From Balanoglossus misakiensis (lineage: Eukaryota; Animalia; Hemichordata), in contig CM082577.2 of NCBI GenBank assembly GCA_040954595.2, positions 17,892,303-17,956,302 of the forward strand: a DNA stretch of 64,000 bases, read 5' to 3'. This document shows positions 37,946-50,285 of this stretch, in pieces. Made by a program: the position numbers and the translations under genes. How positions within the stretch are numbered: position 1 is the stretch's first letter; the number at the start of each line of letters is the position of its first letter. A model generated the notes under the pieces. It was not told the origin of the DNA. It worked only from the letters and a program-made list of their open reading frames with translations, and made no database searches.

Positions 37946-38097
37946 TAGACTCTCTCACAGCCCACGGTTCGCTACAACAAGCTCTTCACTGACGCGCCCT
38001 CAACCGTTTGGCAAGGGAGAAGCACCGTTTGGTGTTGTGTACATGCAATCAGACCATAAACCTGCATGGACGGCGAGAGGGGCTGTGAGAGAGTCTA
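37946..38097. mobile_element. Academ-type MITE
   Basis: tagactctc..gagagtcta with flanks gcctggcca/gcctggccc. Confidence 0.7.
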
Positions 38098-38106
38098 GCC
38101 TGGCCC

Positions 38107-38212
38107 CAATCTGATTAAAATCATATGTAGGGAACGGCGACGTGGTTTTTTTTATGCTGTCGCCTAAAAAAAACCACGTCGCCGTTCCCTACATCTGATT
38201 TTAATCAGATTG
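38107..38212. mobile_element. Mutator-like foldback MITE (copy 4)
   Basis: Same TIR as 6095 with 9-bp TSD gcctggccc. Confidence 0.85.
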
Positions 38213-38308
38213 GCCTGGCCCCAGACCAGTGTGTTATTGTTGTTCAGACTGAGACCGTACAATAATTATTGAGTTGCGAAGGTTGATGGCGCGATTCCAG
38301 TTAGGTAT

Positions 38309-38400
38309 TTCCGTAAAAATGTAAAAAAGCAACAGCGTAAAGTACTGCGACAGTTCCGTAAAAATGTAAAAAAGCAACAGCGTAAAGTACTGCGACAGTT
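38309..38400. repeat. 45-bp tandem duplication
   Basis: ttccgtaaaaatgtaaaaaagcaacagcgtaaagtactgcgacag occurs twice in tandem. Confidence 0.9.
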
Positions 38401-38479
38401 TATAGTCTGCCGCTGCGGTATTAGTCTGTACTAGTGCGAAACTAGTGTACATAAATCATGTATATAATGATGATTCAAT

Positions 38480-38604
38480 AGGCACGCGTGGGCTAACCTT
38501 TACGATGATGTCATACTCTCATCCGGGTACTAATAATGGCGGCGATGTTTTCGGAAAGACGACAGCCTAAACGTATACGATCTTGTTAGCCTCCAAAAGG
38601 ACGG
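38480..38604 (+). promoter_or_regulatory. Probable promoter / non-coding first exon of the MRTF-like gene
   Basis: CpG-rich, with a YY1-like aatggcgg, a strong donor CGG|gtaagc at 38604/38605, and a 17-aa uORF at 38536-38589. Its link to MRTF is inferred. Confidence 0.5.
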
Positions 38605-39718
38605 GTAAGCATCACAAATGCATTCAAAGTGGTCAGTTTAATTTCCAATGAAAATTGTGTTATTGTATGAAATGATGGATAGCGCTGTGTGTACGCAGTG
38701 CATGTTTTCTTGGGTTTATTTGCGCTCAGGGACTGGGTATGTACTGGAAACTCATGAACGGGAATAGGGCGAGTAAGGGGGAAGTGAGTTATTTTTTTGC
38801 TGTTGTTGGCGTGTTGCAATAATGTTTCGCCAAAGTAGTCGGCACGATTTTATAACTAAATTGAATCTTAGCAGATTATTTGTTTTTATATATGAGAAAC
38901 GCACTTCCACTTAAACTAGCAGTGAAGAATCAATGTTTTTAAAGGTTTTAATAGTACTTAGCACTTGCAGCTAAAGAATTAAGACACGTCAACCGATTGA
39001 CAGACACTTCCCTAGGCCCTGCACAACAATCTGCCCACAGCCACATGCTATGTATATGATGCATGATTAAAGACAATAGTGGTGCCTGGTCCGTGGGGCT
39101 CTCGAGTATTGTGATCGGATACAAAACACAGATCTACTGTCAACATTTGTGCTCCAAAACATCAGTTTCGTTTGTCAATACATAATGTGCGCTGCCATTA
39201 GGAAACTGTCACAGCTAGTTTAGTTGACTGTACGGTTTCTAGTCGTTTCGGCCCCCAATTTTGTCGACCTCAGTCGTTTTGGCACTTATCGGCAGCCATT
39301 AGTTAAATTGAATAAAATGTCTGTATTTATCCTGAGACTTATAATTTTAAATGATAGTGGTAATAAAACTCAACCTAGCAGCACCCGCTACAATCATTGC
39401 AGCTGGGAAAGTGTGTATTCACATATTCATACCAGCGATTACCATACCGTCACCCCTTCACTGAACTAGGCAACAATGAGTCAGGTGGCGCCTGATGACA
39501 CCCGGCCTTATAATACGGGTATGTACCCGGGGGACTTAGAGCCAAGTTTAGTTGGGCTAGTGCCGAAGTGCCAAAATGACTGGGGTGTCGGGGCCGAACT
39601 GACTTGGGTCATGAAAATTGGGGGCTGGTGCATCATCAATATTATGGTCAGAGATCATCATCCCTCGTGCAGGCTTCAAATCGTGATGTTACCCTTGCTA
39701 TCATGTGTTATTATTTAA

Positions 39719-40172
39719 AGGTCCCATGTCATGCTTTGGAAATTTTTCATTTTTCCACGTCAAAAGCTCACCTAGGGTACCTGTCTATATATTGCCTATT
39801 GTGTCGGTTCCGAAAAATGTGCACGAATGCCGGAATTTGCCCCTTTTTTCATGCCTGTGATCAGGGAGCCACTTCGCACTCGAGCCAGGCGAAGGTATTT
39901 GCATATGGACAAACAAGTACACTACGTCGTAGTGTGCCATTCTGCTAACAGTAAGGACTATTTGTCCACATCAAGATAAGTCTTCGACTGAACTTCGAAA
40001 AGCCGAAAAAACTCGACTGAGTTGGGTTAGGGGTACACGCCCACCCGCCACTTTTACTTGCTTGTTATCTAAGCACAAGGGGCAAAACGCATTGCAAGAT
40101 AGTAACATACGTTAACTTCAAGACCCAAATAGTGATTTTACGCGTGGTTGTATAGGGCATGGCATGGGACCT
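39719..40172. mobile_element. Kolobok-type MITE
   Basis: TTAA|aggtcccatg(t/c)catgc...gcatggcatgggacct|TTAA. Confidence 0.8.
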
Positions 40173-40176
40173 TTAA

Positions 40177-42510
40177 TTGTTGATATAATATAATAGCAAT
40201 AACCCCCGCCTCAGTTGGGTATACACTCGATTTGGGTACAACTTTCTCCATATAGCACTCGCGTAACGGCTTGTGCTATATGTCTCGAATTGTCCCTAAA
40301 TCTCGGGGTTATTGCTTAATTATGCTATATCATGCTACCATCTGCAATTCTGATTGGACGAGAGCTCAATCCAGCGATGCTAAAATACTCAATAGCGCTG
40401 CTAAAACGGGCCCCTGAACTAGCATAACCGTTTATGCGAAAATCTATGAAAGGAGAGAGCATTTAGGCAATGGGGAAAATGTGGGTTTAAACCAAATAAA
40501 TAGAATTAAAAAAACACTCTTCAGTGTTGAATTTATGGAAGTTATATTTTAGAACTGCTCTGTGGGAATATTTGGCACTATGCCATATGTGCGATGCCTG
40601 TATTGTCACTTTTTGTTGCCTGCTTCACGGCAACCCCTGACAGTATGGTTGAACGTGTGCATGAACTTACGGAGGAAGACTTCCTCAGGGAAACTGCTGA
40701 CCTAGTGGCTCCAACTGGTGGAAACCGATTTGCAACTTTTGTCGAGTCTGATCTTGACAGGATCGATCGAAGGCTACAAAGACGAGAAATCTACCATAAA
40801 ACAAACATTGTGGGGAGTAAGAATTTTCAAAGGTGAGTTAATGATCGATACCACCCGACCCGCTGATTATTTTGAATAGAATTTTACAGTCTGTCCGCAT
40901 TGAAAACAAATTTTTCGACTGCGCATTTATTTAAATATTTTTAATTCGATTTTGTCAATCCAGAATGGCTGTCTGAGAAGGGCCTGGACCCCGATTTTGA
41001 AGTTTTATCAACAGAGGACTTGGCATCGACATTGCACCGATTTTACGCAGAGGCGAGAACTCATGATGGTCAGCGTTACGGGAAATCCTCCCTCTCCGGC
41101 ATTAGAGCATCCCTTAACCAGCATCTGAATTCCCCTACGTATCACCGAAACATAAACCTCATCCATGACAGGGAGTTACATGCGGCCAACAATATTTTCA
41201 AGGCACTGATAAAGCAGTTAAAATCAGATGGACAGGACAAAATAAATCAAAACTCCAATTTCACGAAACGATCTGATGAAACTGGTGAGCAGTGGTGTTC
41301 TATCTAGCCAAAACCCACTGTCTCTTGTACGTATGGTGTGGTTTGATCTTACCCTCCATTTTGGTCGACGAGGTCGCGAGGGTTTCAGAAGTCTAACCAA
41401 AGAAAGTTATAGATTGGTAGAAAAGCACTGTCTAAGTATGTGGATAGTACGTTCTCAGAAAAAAACAAAAAATCACACCGACGACAGCTATGAATTGCAA
41501 GCAAAAATGTACGCAACCGATTGTGAAAATTGTCCCGTTGCTGCATTTGAAGTATACATCTCGAAACTTCACCCCAAACAGTCTGCCCTGTTTCAGTGCC
41601 CCAAAGCAAATTTTGAATATTCCTACAACGTTTGGTTCTGTAACTCACCACTCGGTGAAAATAAATTGGGGTCAATGATGAAAGAGATCTCGGAGGCAGC
41701 AAATTTGAGTATGGTGTACACCAATCACTGCATCAGGGCAACAGCGAACACCTTGCTTGATTCCGCGGGAGTTGAAACTCGGCACATCATGTATTTTACC
41801 GGTCACAAAAATGAAACAAGCGTGCGGTCGTATACAAATAAATTGACACAGCATCAAAGTAAAGGGATGTCAGATGTATTATCGAAAACTTTGGGATACA
41901 ACACATAAAAAAATCGGATGACTCCCCATACAGAGTAGACACAAACTTCGGCTCCAGTGAACAAGAGCAGTCAAACTTACCGATCACTGTCGCCGCTGAA
42001 TCAAGCACGGTGCAACACACTCCTACTCCTACATCTACAACGATCGATCACAATTCTACCGCCAATAATGGTGCGTTCGGATTGTTTCAGAATTGCACGT
42101 TTTCTGGCCCAATTAATATCCAAATTATTGGTAACAAATAGTTGGTGTACATGTACCTTTGGCGCCAAGCTAGGCTCGACTGTGAACCCTGGCCCCAGTT
42201 GAAGTTTCAGCGTGACCGAAACGTCACGACTTTCATTGTTCTTATGTAAATATTTGAAATATTGTTATTTTATTTTAGATAAATTGTTTGAGTAAATTTT
42301 GACCTGTTCTATTTATAAATCTTGTCGGTTTTCTGCATGCGGATACATTGTTAAAATAAAATTGACGAAATCAAAGCGATGCAATGTGCGTGATGTGTGG
42401 GAGCTGTATTCTTTTCATGTTTAAACTTTAATGCTCGATCCCGGGCACTCGTGTTTACATTCATCAACGCAACTTTCGTAAATTCTCTTCAGTTTTCTAG
42501 ATGTTTTGCG
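40177..42510 (+). mobile_element. Crypton-type tyrosine-recombinase transposon (parent of family A), circularly permuted
   Basis: Family-A hairpin end (40177-40319) is fused to the family-A left end (40320-40628), followed by the YR ORF and then family-A right-subterminal sequence (42414-42490). Confidence 0.8.
40646..41908 (+). pseudogene. Tyrosine recombinase (DUF3504/Crypton), frameshifted, with one spliceosomal intron
   Basis: Catalytic motifs GRRGRE, KTKNH, TNHCIRAT, TGHKN and SVRSY are present. Intron 40833-40963 (G|gtgagt..ccag) joins ..WGVRIFK to EWLSEKG... Frameshifts occur at the gatc duplication (40761-40768), at about 41245, and as a compensating pair at about 41420-41465. Confidence 0.85.
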
Positions 42511-44169
42511 TTAACGCATTGAGTTATCAAATTTTCATGATCATGTAAATGTCTCCACTGAAGGTAGTACTGAGTTCAGTCCTGTCACTCACAAATCAAA
42601 GAAATGAGTTACAATTTTGTAATTTTAACAAAGCTCATTGATAGATACACATTTCAACCCAAAAATCCCCCAATCTGCATTAACCCTAACGCTGTCGAGT
42701 ATGTAGCAGAGCGCCCGATTTCCGGTGTGGGTAGAAGTCGAATGTTGGCGAGTGATGAATGACCTACTCGGTATGGATCGATATGATTCACCGACCCGCT
42801 GGAGTCTCTAGGCGTTTGCGTGCGCTTCGCTATAACGGGTTGTCTTTGAACTACCGTTTTGAGGGCAGTATCTGTTAGGACAGGAAAGTCTCGACAGGCT
42901 TCTTTGCCTTGAACTACAAAGAGCACACTATCCTAAGAGGCACATTCCGCCGGTCACTCCCGACCCTGGGGAGACCGTTTTTTTTGCGTCCATCAAAACA
43001 TACTTGGCATCGATGCATTGTTTTCCATAACAGACGGTTCCACAACGACACAGGGTATCGACCTCTTCGATGGCCAGAGGGTTCGGACGCACTCGTGTGT
43101 GCCTGTTTGGGAGAGTGTGTTTTGGGATCGACTCAGGGAAAACATGACTAAATGGTGCAATGGGGCCCGCAGAACTTGCGGGTTACCTATGACTGTGTCG
43201 GTACAACCCTGTACTGTAAAATTTATAGCGTATTAACACTGTAATGAACCCCAGTCTGCCGTGCGTAACTAACCAACGCGTCGTTATCACAATGTCCGTG
43301 TCTGTCTGGTGTGCAAGAAATGAGTCGTTGTCGGGCGGCTGTAGAGTGGAACACTGTGCGCCAGTGTCCAGTCGTTCGCATTACGTGTCGAACTAACTCG
43401 TACCCTACAGGAAAGTGGCAGGAGAAGGGGTGCCCGAACACCCCTGGCGGTACACCCTGGGTACCCTACTTACAATTGATGGTGTCGTTGTTGTGACGTG
43501 ATGTGGCGTGTACTAACACACTAACTTTATTTTCGTAAAAGTAAGCCTCGAAACATTTACAGACACTCCCCTCCCAGGGTAACGAACTTTTACCCGGTTA
43601 ATTGTTGTTTGAGGTCCCGCCGACATGGGACTGTGCCAAAGTTGAAGTCTAGCACGTTCAAAAGCAGCTAAAATGACCCTCCAAAAACCCGATTTTCAGG
43701 CAAAATGCCTGGTAATCCAGCGGGTGTAGAATGCCAGATTCTACAATATAATACACCGAAAAAGAGGCGGTCTCAGAACGACTTAGCAGCCCAACGGGCT
43801 ATGACACCTGGTAGCGTTAGCGGTGATCGTCTGCATCATCACTAAAGGGTGGTGATCGTCTTATGTGCAGCCGTGTGTGCCAATATACAGTCAATGCCAT
43901 AAGACAGTGTGCTGTCCTACCAACATATAAGATGGCAGCAACAATAGTCTGTGTTGGAGATCAGTAAAAGACAGCAAATAAGGTGAAAAGAAGGGACAAA
44001 ACTTAAGTCTTCTTTACAGTGCACATGAAATATGGACGGAAACGAAAGCAGTCCTCTGTTTGAATGCATCCAATGAAAAATTTGCAGAACATTTGGATTT
44101 GACGCAATGTTTGTACACACGAAATTACGCATGCGCATAAGACGATCGTCTACCTTTTATACATGTTCA

Positions 44170-44632
44170 TATTGAACACCTATTGCCTGGCCATGAGGGC
44201 CATACATGTAGCGGCCGTTTATTACACCCGAGGGGCTGTGAGTTACCAGAATCATATGCTATTTCCCGAGGCCGCAGGCCGAGGGAAATAGCATATGATT
44301 CTGGTAACTCACAGTCACGAGGGGGTAAAAACGGCTGCTATGGCCCGAATATAGGCCAGGCTATAGGTGTTTTATAATAAACCTCATGCTAACATCTGGG
44401 AAAATCTTGCAATTTTCTCTTGAGGTTGGCAGACAACATCTTCCGCGGTGGCCATTGTGTCAGACGACGCGACGCTGATTGACGTGACCGAGTCTGCGCA
44501 CTCACGCTGGTCACGTGACCGGTTTATATTTTTTCTGCTATTTCCCTAGCGGTTCATAGTCGATTCTATTTTCCTATCACGTGACGGATTCTGGCGAATC
44601 ACGGCACAGTATTAGCATGAGGTATATTATAA
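44170..44632. mobile_element. Hairpin-ended (Crypton-like) element, family E
   Basis: Palindrome at 44176-44371 with loop cgaggccgcaggccgag, and subterminal IR acctcatgctaa/ttagcatgaggt. Confidence 0.65.
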
Positions 44633-44936
44633 AAGTGAATACAAGGCACTCTACCGGACAAATATCATTTATGTCGTTCTATTCAGGTACTACCACACCA
44701 TGATTCGCAGCATTGCTAATCATACTAATAATTATTGTGACAATTCATTTCCAGGTACTGTTTGTGATTTATTGAGGTGGTTTTATAAATAGGACAAAAT
44801 GGTGTTCGTAAGATTCTGTCAAAAACATAATGCAGCGCTTGTTTTCACTTCTTTCAGACTTATACCAGGAGTGTATGTTGCAGTTGAGGTGCCTCAACAA
44901 GCAGTCAGCAGAAGAGTGTTGACATTCAGTCGAATC

Positions 44937-45156
44937 ATGGCAGGGCTGCCAAATATGTTCTCAGTGAACCCTCAGAAAACAGGGGAAGCTTCAGCGGCTG
45001 CAACATTTACCATGTCACAGCCAATGGTTGCAACGACTGGAACTGCCACCATCACTACGATAAGCATGAAAGATATCCAAGCAGCCTCAGAGTCAATAAG
45101 TCAGAAGAGTTATGAAGGTGTTACTTTGAGAAATAATCTAACTAGAAAGAAAGATG
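44937..45156 (+). CDS. MRTF: MRTF-like protein, first coding exon (isoform 1)
   Basis: Exon 44858-45156 (tttcag| and G|gtaggt) encodes MAGLPNMF...NNLTRKKD. A phase-1 splice to 60889 gives RKKDVLAQKLKQRR, comparable to vertebrate MRTF ERKNVLQLKLQQRR. Confidence 0.7.
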
Positions 45157-45467
45157 GTAGGTGATATTAGGCATCATGCGCAATTCTTAAAATTGAAATG
45201 TTTTTCTTCTTGTAACATGATTTTGCCTTGTCCAACCAGATATGAACTGAATGTCCTCACGTGATTCGCAACAGATCATTTTGGTGTGTTGATTCGTTTT
45301 GAACAAGGTGGTGGACGTCAGTGCGCCACAATGTGAGCGTCATACATAACTAGTACGTGTAATCGCACAACAATATATGTAGAACCCAAGAAAGGAACTG
45401 TGTAGTGACTACTCAGCCTGGTGGGGCTCTCAGTCATACATGCTACGACCCATTAGATACTGAGATA

Positions 45468-45924
45468 GTATGAGGTTATTACGAAAATACCGCAAAGTAT
45501 GCACGAGGACATTAGCGCTCAGTTTCGCCCGACGCGTAGCGGAGGGCGATGCGCTGCGCTAATGTCCTCGTGCATACTTTGCGGTATTTTCGTAATAACC
45601 TTATTATTATACATCTTACATCTCCGTTAGTTCTTGTTTTGCATGTTACTTGGCTTTCAAAACGCCCAAAATGCCGATACAATCGATCGAAAACCGCTCA
45701 GTTGACTCAGTGAGCAGCCATCTTTCTTTTTTGTTTACGTGTGCGCACGTGCGTTGGAGTGGGGGTGTCTTGAAACCGTCCGCATAACAACGCATACCTG
45801 TACACGGTGAGTTTGGGCACCTTGACACTAAAGACTTATTTAACGCGCGTTCTGTACGTACCCTTCCGTACGGCTTTTTATTGCACGCCAAAAGCTATTG
45901 TTCTCGGCACTAGATGTATAATAT
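45468..45924. mobile_element. Hairpin-ended (Crypton-like) element, family C copy 1
   Basis: Palindrome at 45473-45601 with loop cgacgcgtagcggag, and IR attatacatct/agatgtataat. Confidence 0.65.
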
Positions 45925-46050
45925 AAATAGTATGGTCCTGTAAACAAGATAGCATAGGCCTGTAGTACAATGTATGTATCAGGATCTGCTAACACAACCA
46001 TTTGATTGTTAGAACGGATGTTTTTACACCTTGTACTATTATTCTGAAGG

Positions 46051-47490
46051 TTTTTAGGTCCCATTGGTATGTACCATGGGACCTAAATGGGATAGGTTGC
46101 GTCTGTATGTATGTATGTATGTATGTATGTATGTCTGTATGTCCGTCCACATCAAAAACTTGAAAACTGCTGCGCGTATGACCTCGATATTTGGTGTGTA
46201 GATGCAGGCAGGGCTGTAGATGGGAGTTTGTTCAAATGAAGTTGTCATTGCCAAAAATATGCAAATTAGCTGGGAAAATGTGAAATTGGCCAAAACTCAA
46301 AAACTCGACAACCACTGGTCATATTGATTTGAAAATTGGTATGCATGTACCTTATGTCAACCTCATACAGTCCTGTATGTTTTGAGCTAATATCATCGAT
46401 TTCCTATTTTTTATGCATTTTTTTGTATTTTTCCATGTTATTGGTAAAAAGTCTTCATTTCTGAAAGTGATGGGCTTACTTCTTTGAAATTTAGTATGAA
46501 GCTTCCTAATGGTTGTCTGAGTAACCATAGTTTTGTTCAAATTGTTGCAAAATTTGCATATTTATAATTTTGAGCAATATTTGCCATTTTTGGTCAATTT
46601 TTTTATCTTCAAAACCGCATGCCAGATTGCTTTGCAATTTGGTAGGCATGTTCGTAGGGGTAACCTAAGTAATATGTTGTAAAAAATGTGATATTTTCAT
46701 AAATGTGTTATCAGGGAAACTTTTGCAATTTTTGTCAAAAATTGTTTTCTCTGAAACCGCTTGTCATATTGCATTGAACTTTGGCAGCATGTTCCTTGTA
46801 GTGATTGAAGTAAGATATTGTACAATTTTGGTGATATTTGCATATTTGTGTTTTTGCCACTTTTGAACAAATATTTTCTGTGAAACTGCTTGTTGGATTG
46901 CTTTAAAATTTGTTTTTTCTCTGATTGCTTTGAAATTTAGGATATAATTTCATAACACATACATGTATATGTGCAACCTTTATTCAATTCTGATATCAGA
47001 AATATTCAATATTTAGCGAGTTTTTTTGTAAGTTTCTTTGTTGATGGTTAGCAAATCTTCTCCTAAACCAATTGTCCAGTTGTTTTTAAAGTTACTATTT
47101 ACAAGGAATTGTTACCCCGAACTAAGACATTAATACATAACTTTAAAGTTTAATAGGCCAGCTGTTACAGAGACCACCAGCTATTAAATTTTTAATTACC
47201 AGTGGCAGGTCAGTGTGTGTCTGTCTGTTCCAGGGCTGACTGAAAGAAGTTGCTTCTCATATGTGTTTGTACAGACAATATTTGGTCAATTTTTTTTCTA
47301 GCACCACTTGTAAGACTGCCATGACACATGACAGTTTATTGAGCATGTTCCTTGTTAATTTTTTTACATTCCATATTTCTATATGGTAAGATCATATCTG
47401 CTTGCAATGTCACCTGTAATATTTCTTCTGGTGTGTCACTGTTTCCGCATAATCCTCAAATGGGACCACAGTGTCCTTGACGCTATTTTT
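46051..47490 (+). mobile_element. HINE-like element family H (full copy)
   Basis: Near-identical to 16169-17264 and to 58558-59990. Confidence 0.8.
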
Positions 47491-48629
47491 ATTACACGTT
47501 AGTAGCAGTGGTCTGAAATATGTCAATATCGACTAATTACGGCAATCGATATGCTTATTTTCTGATGGCAGTGCTCGAACATTGACAGGCAGTGATGAGC
47601 ACTTGTCCCGGATCTCTTGAATTGTACTGCAAGGTGAGCGGAAGTTGCCCACTAAGCCCATATGACGTGTCACTGACTGAACAAAGTCACTGGTGACTCG
47701 AAAAATTATCCACACTACATGCAAAGGTATAGGGCTGACTCAGAGAAATTTCTAGAAATCCTCAAATTGACTCGAAGCTTTTAAAAATTATGTATGTTAG
47801 AGGCGAGCAGGCCATGGACTGTACCGTTCTCTGGTGGCGAAGGTTAGCATTGGGGTTTGGGTTAGCAATATGTCGCCGGAGATTTTGTGTCCCAGCTGTA
47901 GATGGAAGTGTATGGCGTGGCAGGTAGTCTTTTTCGAACATCCGTGGTAGCCATCATAAAAAGTTGTCGGTGTCAGGGCTAAATCAAATAGTGTTGAGGT
48001 AAGATTGATTTGTTGAGTTACAGTTGGGGATCCTTGAAACCAGCTGAAAGCGCAGGCACTCTATTACATGTTGACTGGGGTGTCTTGACGCCAATTTTTA
48101 TTTTGTTCATAACTCGATTAAATCGCTGCCCGCTGTCACCAAAAAACTAATCAGTTCTTGCTATTCGTAAATGGAACCTGTGTACTAAAGCTCATTGAAA
48201 TCTGATCAGCCATTTTTGAAAAATCGAGCTAACAGACAGACAGACACACACACACACACACACGCAGATCACGTGATAACATTACTCCCATGATACTGCA
48301 TATGTGAGTAAAATAAGGAAGGTGTATAGGCTAGGAAGTATTTTTACTGGTTTTACTGGTGTGTGTGGACACATTTTGTCCGACTCTGCCCCAAGTTAAC
48401 GCCCTTTACAGTTAAAATAACTGTGTAGTCTATCATGTGACAATGGTGAGTTGAGGAGTCAGAAGAAATCAAGTGTCTTTTAATCATACTTTCTGATCGC
48501 ACATTTGCGGCCGTTGTAAGAGAGACCAAGTGTATTCTTGACCGTTGAATTTCCTTATGCTGCTGACAACCACGCTTCCAGTTTCGACTTGGGGGCTGAT
48601 CACCAGTTAACTCTTCTATACCAGATACC

Positions 48630-48760
48630 CTTAGTTGGGTATACACTCAATTTGGGTACAATTCGAGACATGTAGCACTCGCCTAACGGCTCGTGCTACA
48701 TGTCTCGAATTGTACCCAAATCTTGTGCATACCCGCCTGCAGCGGGGGTTATTGCTTAAA
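48630..48760 (+). mobile_element. Crypton family A hairpin end (solo)
   Basis: gggtatacactc..gcactcgcctaacggctcgtgc..ggggttattgcttaaa. Confidence 0.7.
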
Positions 48761-48829
48761 CAACTTAAATCACTAAATCACTATTATGATCTACCATAGA
48801 ACTTCTTAAATGACCAACCATTCTGCTTT

Positions 48830-49015
48830 TGCAGAATCCTTGGATGTTAATAAGCTGTCTTCATATGAGTCACAAGCTCTACAGTAGCTTAGTAGTTGTG
48901 AAATGTATTTTACGCAATAAGCTGGACCTGATGGAATATTACTGGACAAATAAGGAAAGTTTATGATTTCAAAGTTAAAATCATCCCTTTTGGCGGTTTC
49001 GCCATACATTTTAGT
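48830..49015 (-). mobile_element. Penelope-like retroelement RT fragment
   Basis: KRDDFNFEIINFPYLSSNIPSGPAY..YISQLLSYCRAC is the characteristic PLE RT thumb-region motif. Confidence 0.8.
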
Positions 49016-49642
49016 GACATTTTTCCCTGGGTGCCAACGGTCTGTTTGCCTACGAGATGTAGGTAAATGATGGAATAACCTTTCATCCATAATATCAAGT
49101 CAACTTGAAAGTTTTTTACTTTGTGTCATAACTACCAATCAGGTTGGCAGACAGTTACATGACCAGGAATTTTTCCTGTCAATCATTATTTTGTGTGATC
49201 AAGACACCATCTCAACAAGACGTTTCGTCTATCCGTGCATTTTGACTTAAATGCTATTCCAAAACTGCTGGTGTGATAGAATTTAAAAAAATAAATCACA
49301 GACATCATCATGTTCAAGTTTGCATTTGTGGCAAGACTTATAGCAGGTCTTGCCGAACTTTCAAGTCCTGGCAGTGGGTCTGTGTTTCTGCAAAAATATA
49401 AATGGTCCTGAAGACAGAATCTCATGCCTGTGACCTCTAACAAATTTATTACATGTTTCCACCATTTATACATTATACATTTTGATGATCAGTTGGATGC
49501 AGAGTTTCGATCTTCATGCTGCACTTGCTCAAAAGCCCTCAACCCTTCCAGGAATACGCTGACTCACCAATGAATCGAGTAGCAATCGTTCAGGATAGCA
49601 AAGTTTGATCCAATTTGTTGTTTGGTAATACAAAAGTTCATT

Positions 49643-50285
49643 AAGGGATCATTCAGTTTTTACGGCCCGGGGGGGGGGGGGGGGGGGGGGGAGCAAGTTG
49701 TGTCATGGGTTTTCAAAATCAGGCCGACCCCCCTTCACCCAGGACCAAAAAATGATGACCCCCCCCCCCTTTGACAGACCCAAAAATATGATAACCCCCC
49801 CCCCCCCCACGCCGAAAACATTCGCCATCCTGATCCTATGTACACTGTATGCAATAAAGGGAATGAAGCTCCTCACACCTCAATTATAAATTTCTTAAAA
49901 GTAATTGAAGTATATAATAGTATATCGTTGCAATAAAGAAATCTATGAACAAATTAAAATGACAAGTCAATACAATACTTGCTAGAATTGGTAAAACAAG
50001 AAAAGTGGCAGGGGTGGGCTTGGGAGGGGGTGTCCCCCTCCCACACAACATTTTGTAAAATACGGTGCTCAAAGTTGCATTTTAATGAACTCAAAAGCAA
50101 ATTAACTCAATGTTAGGGAGGACAAATTTTAATTTTGCCACTCCACTCAAAGTAAGCATTGGGGTGGGGTGGCAAGAAGTCTGCCCTGGTACACTAGACA
50201 AACCAGCGAATAAATGATATGTGGCGAAGAATGGAGGGGGTGGGTGTGGGAGGGGGTGTTAAGTGACCCCCCCTGGATTTTGCCT
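49643..50285. mobile_element. Harbinger-type MITE, partial copy of the 34418 family
   Basis: Starts aagggatcattcagtttttacggc and is collinear with 34418-35300. Confidence 0.7.
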
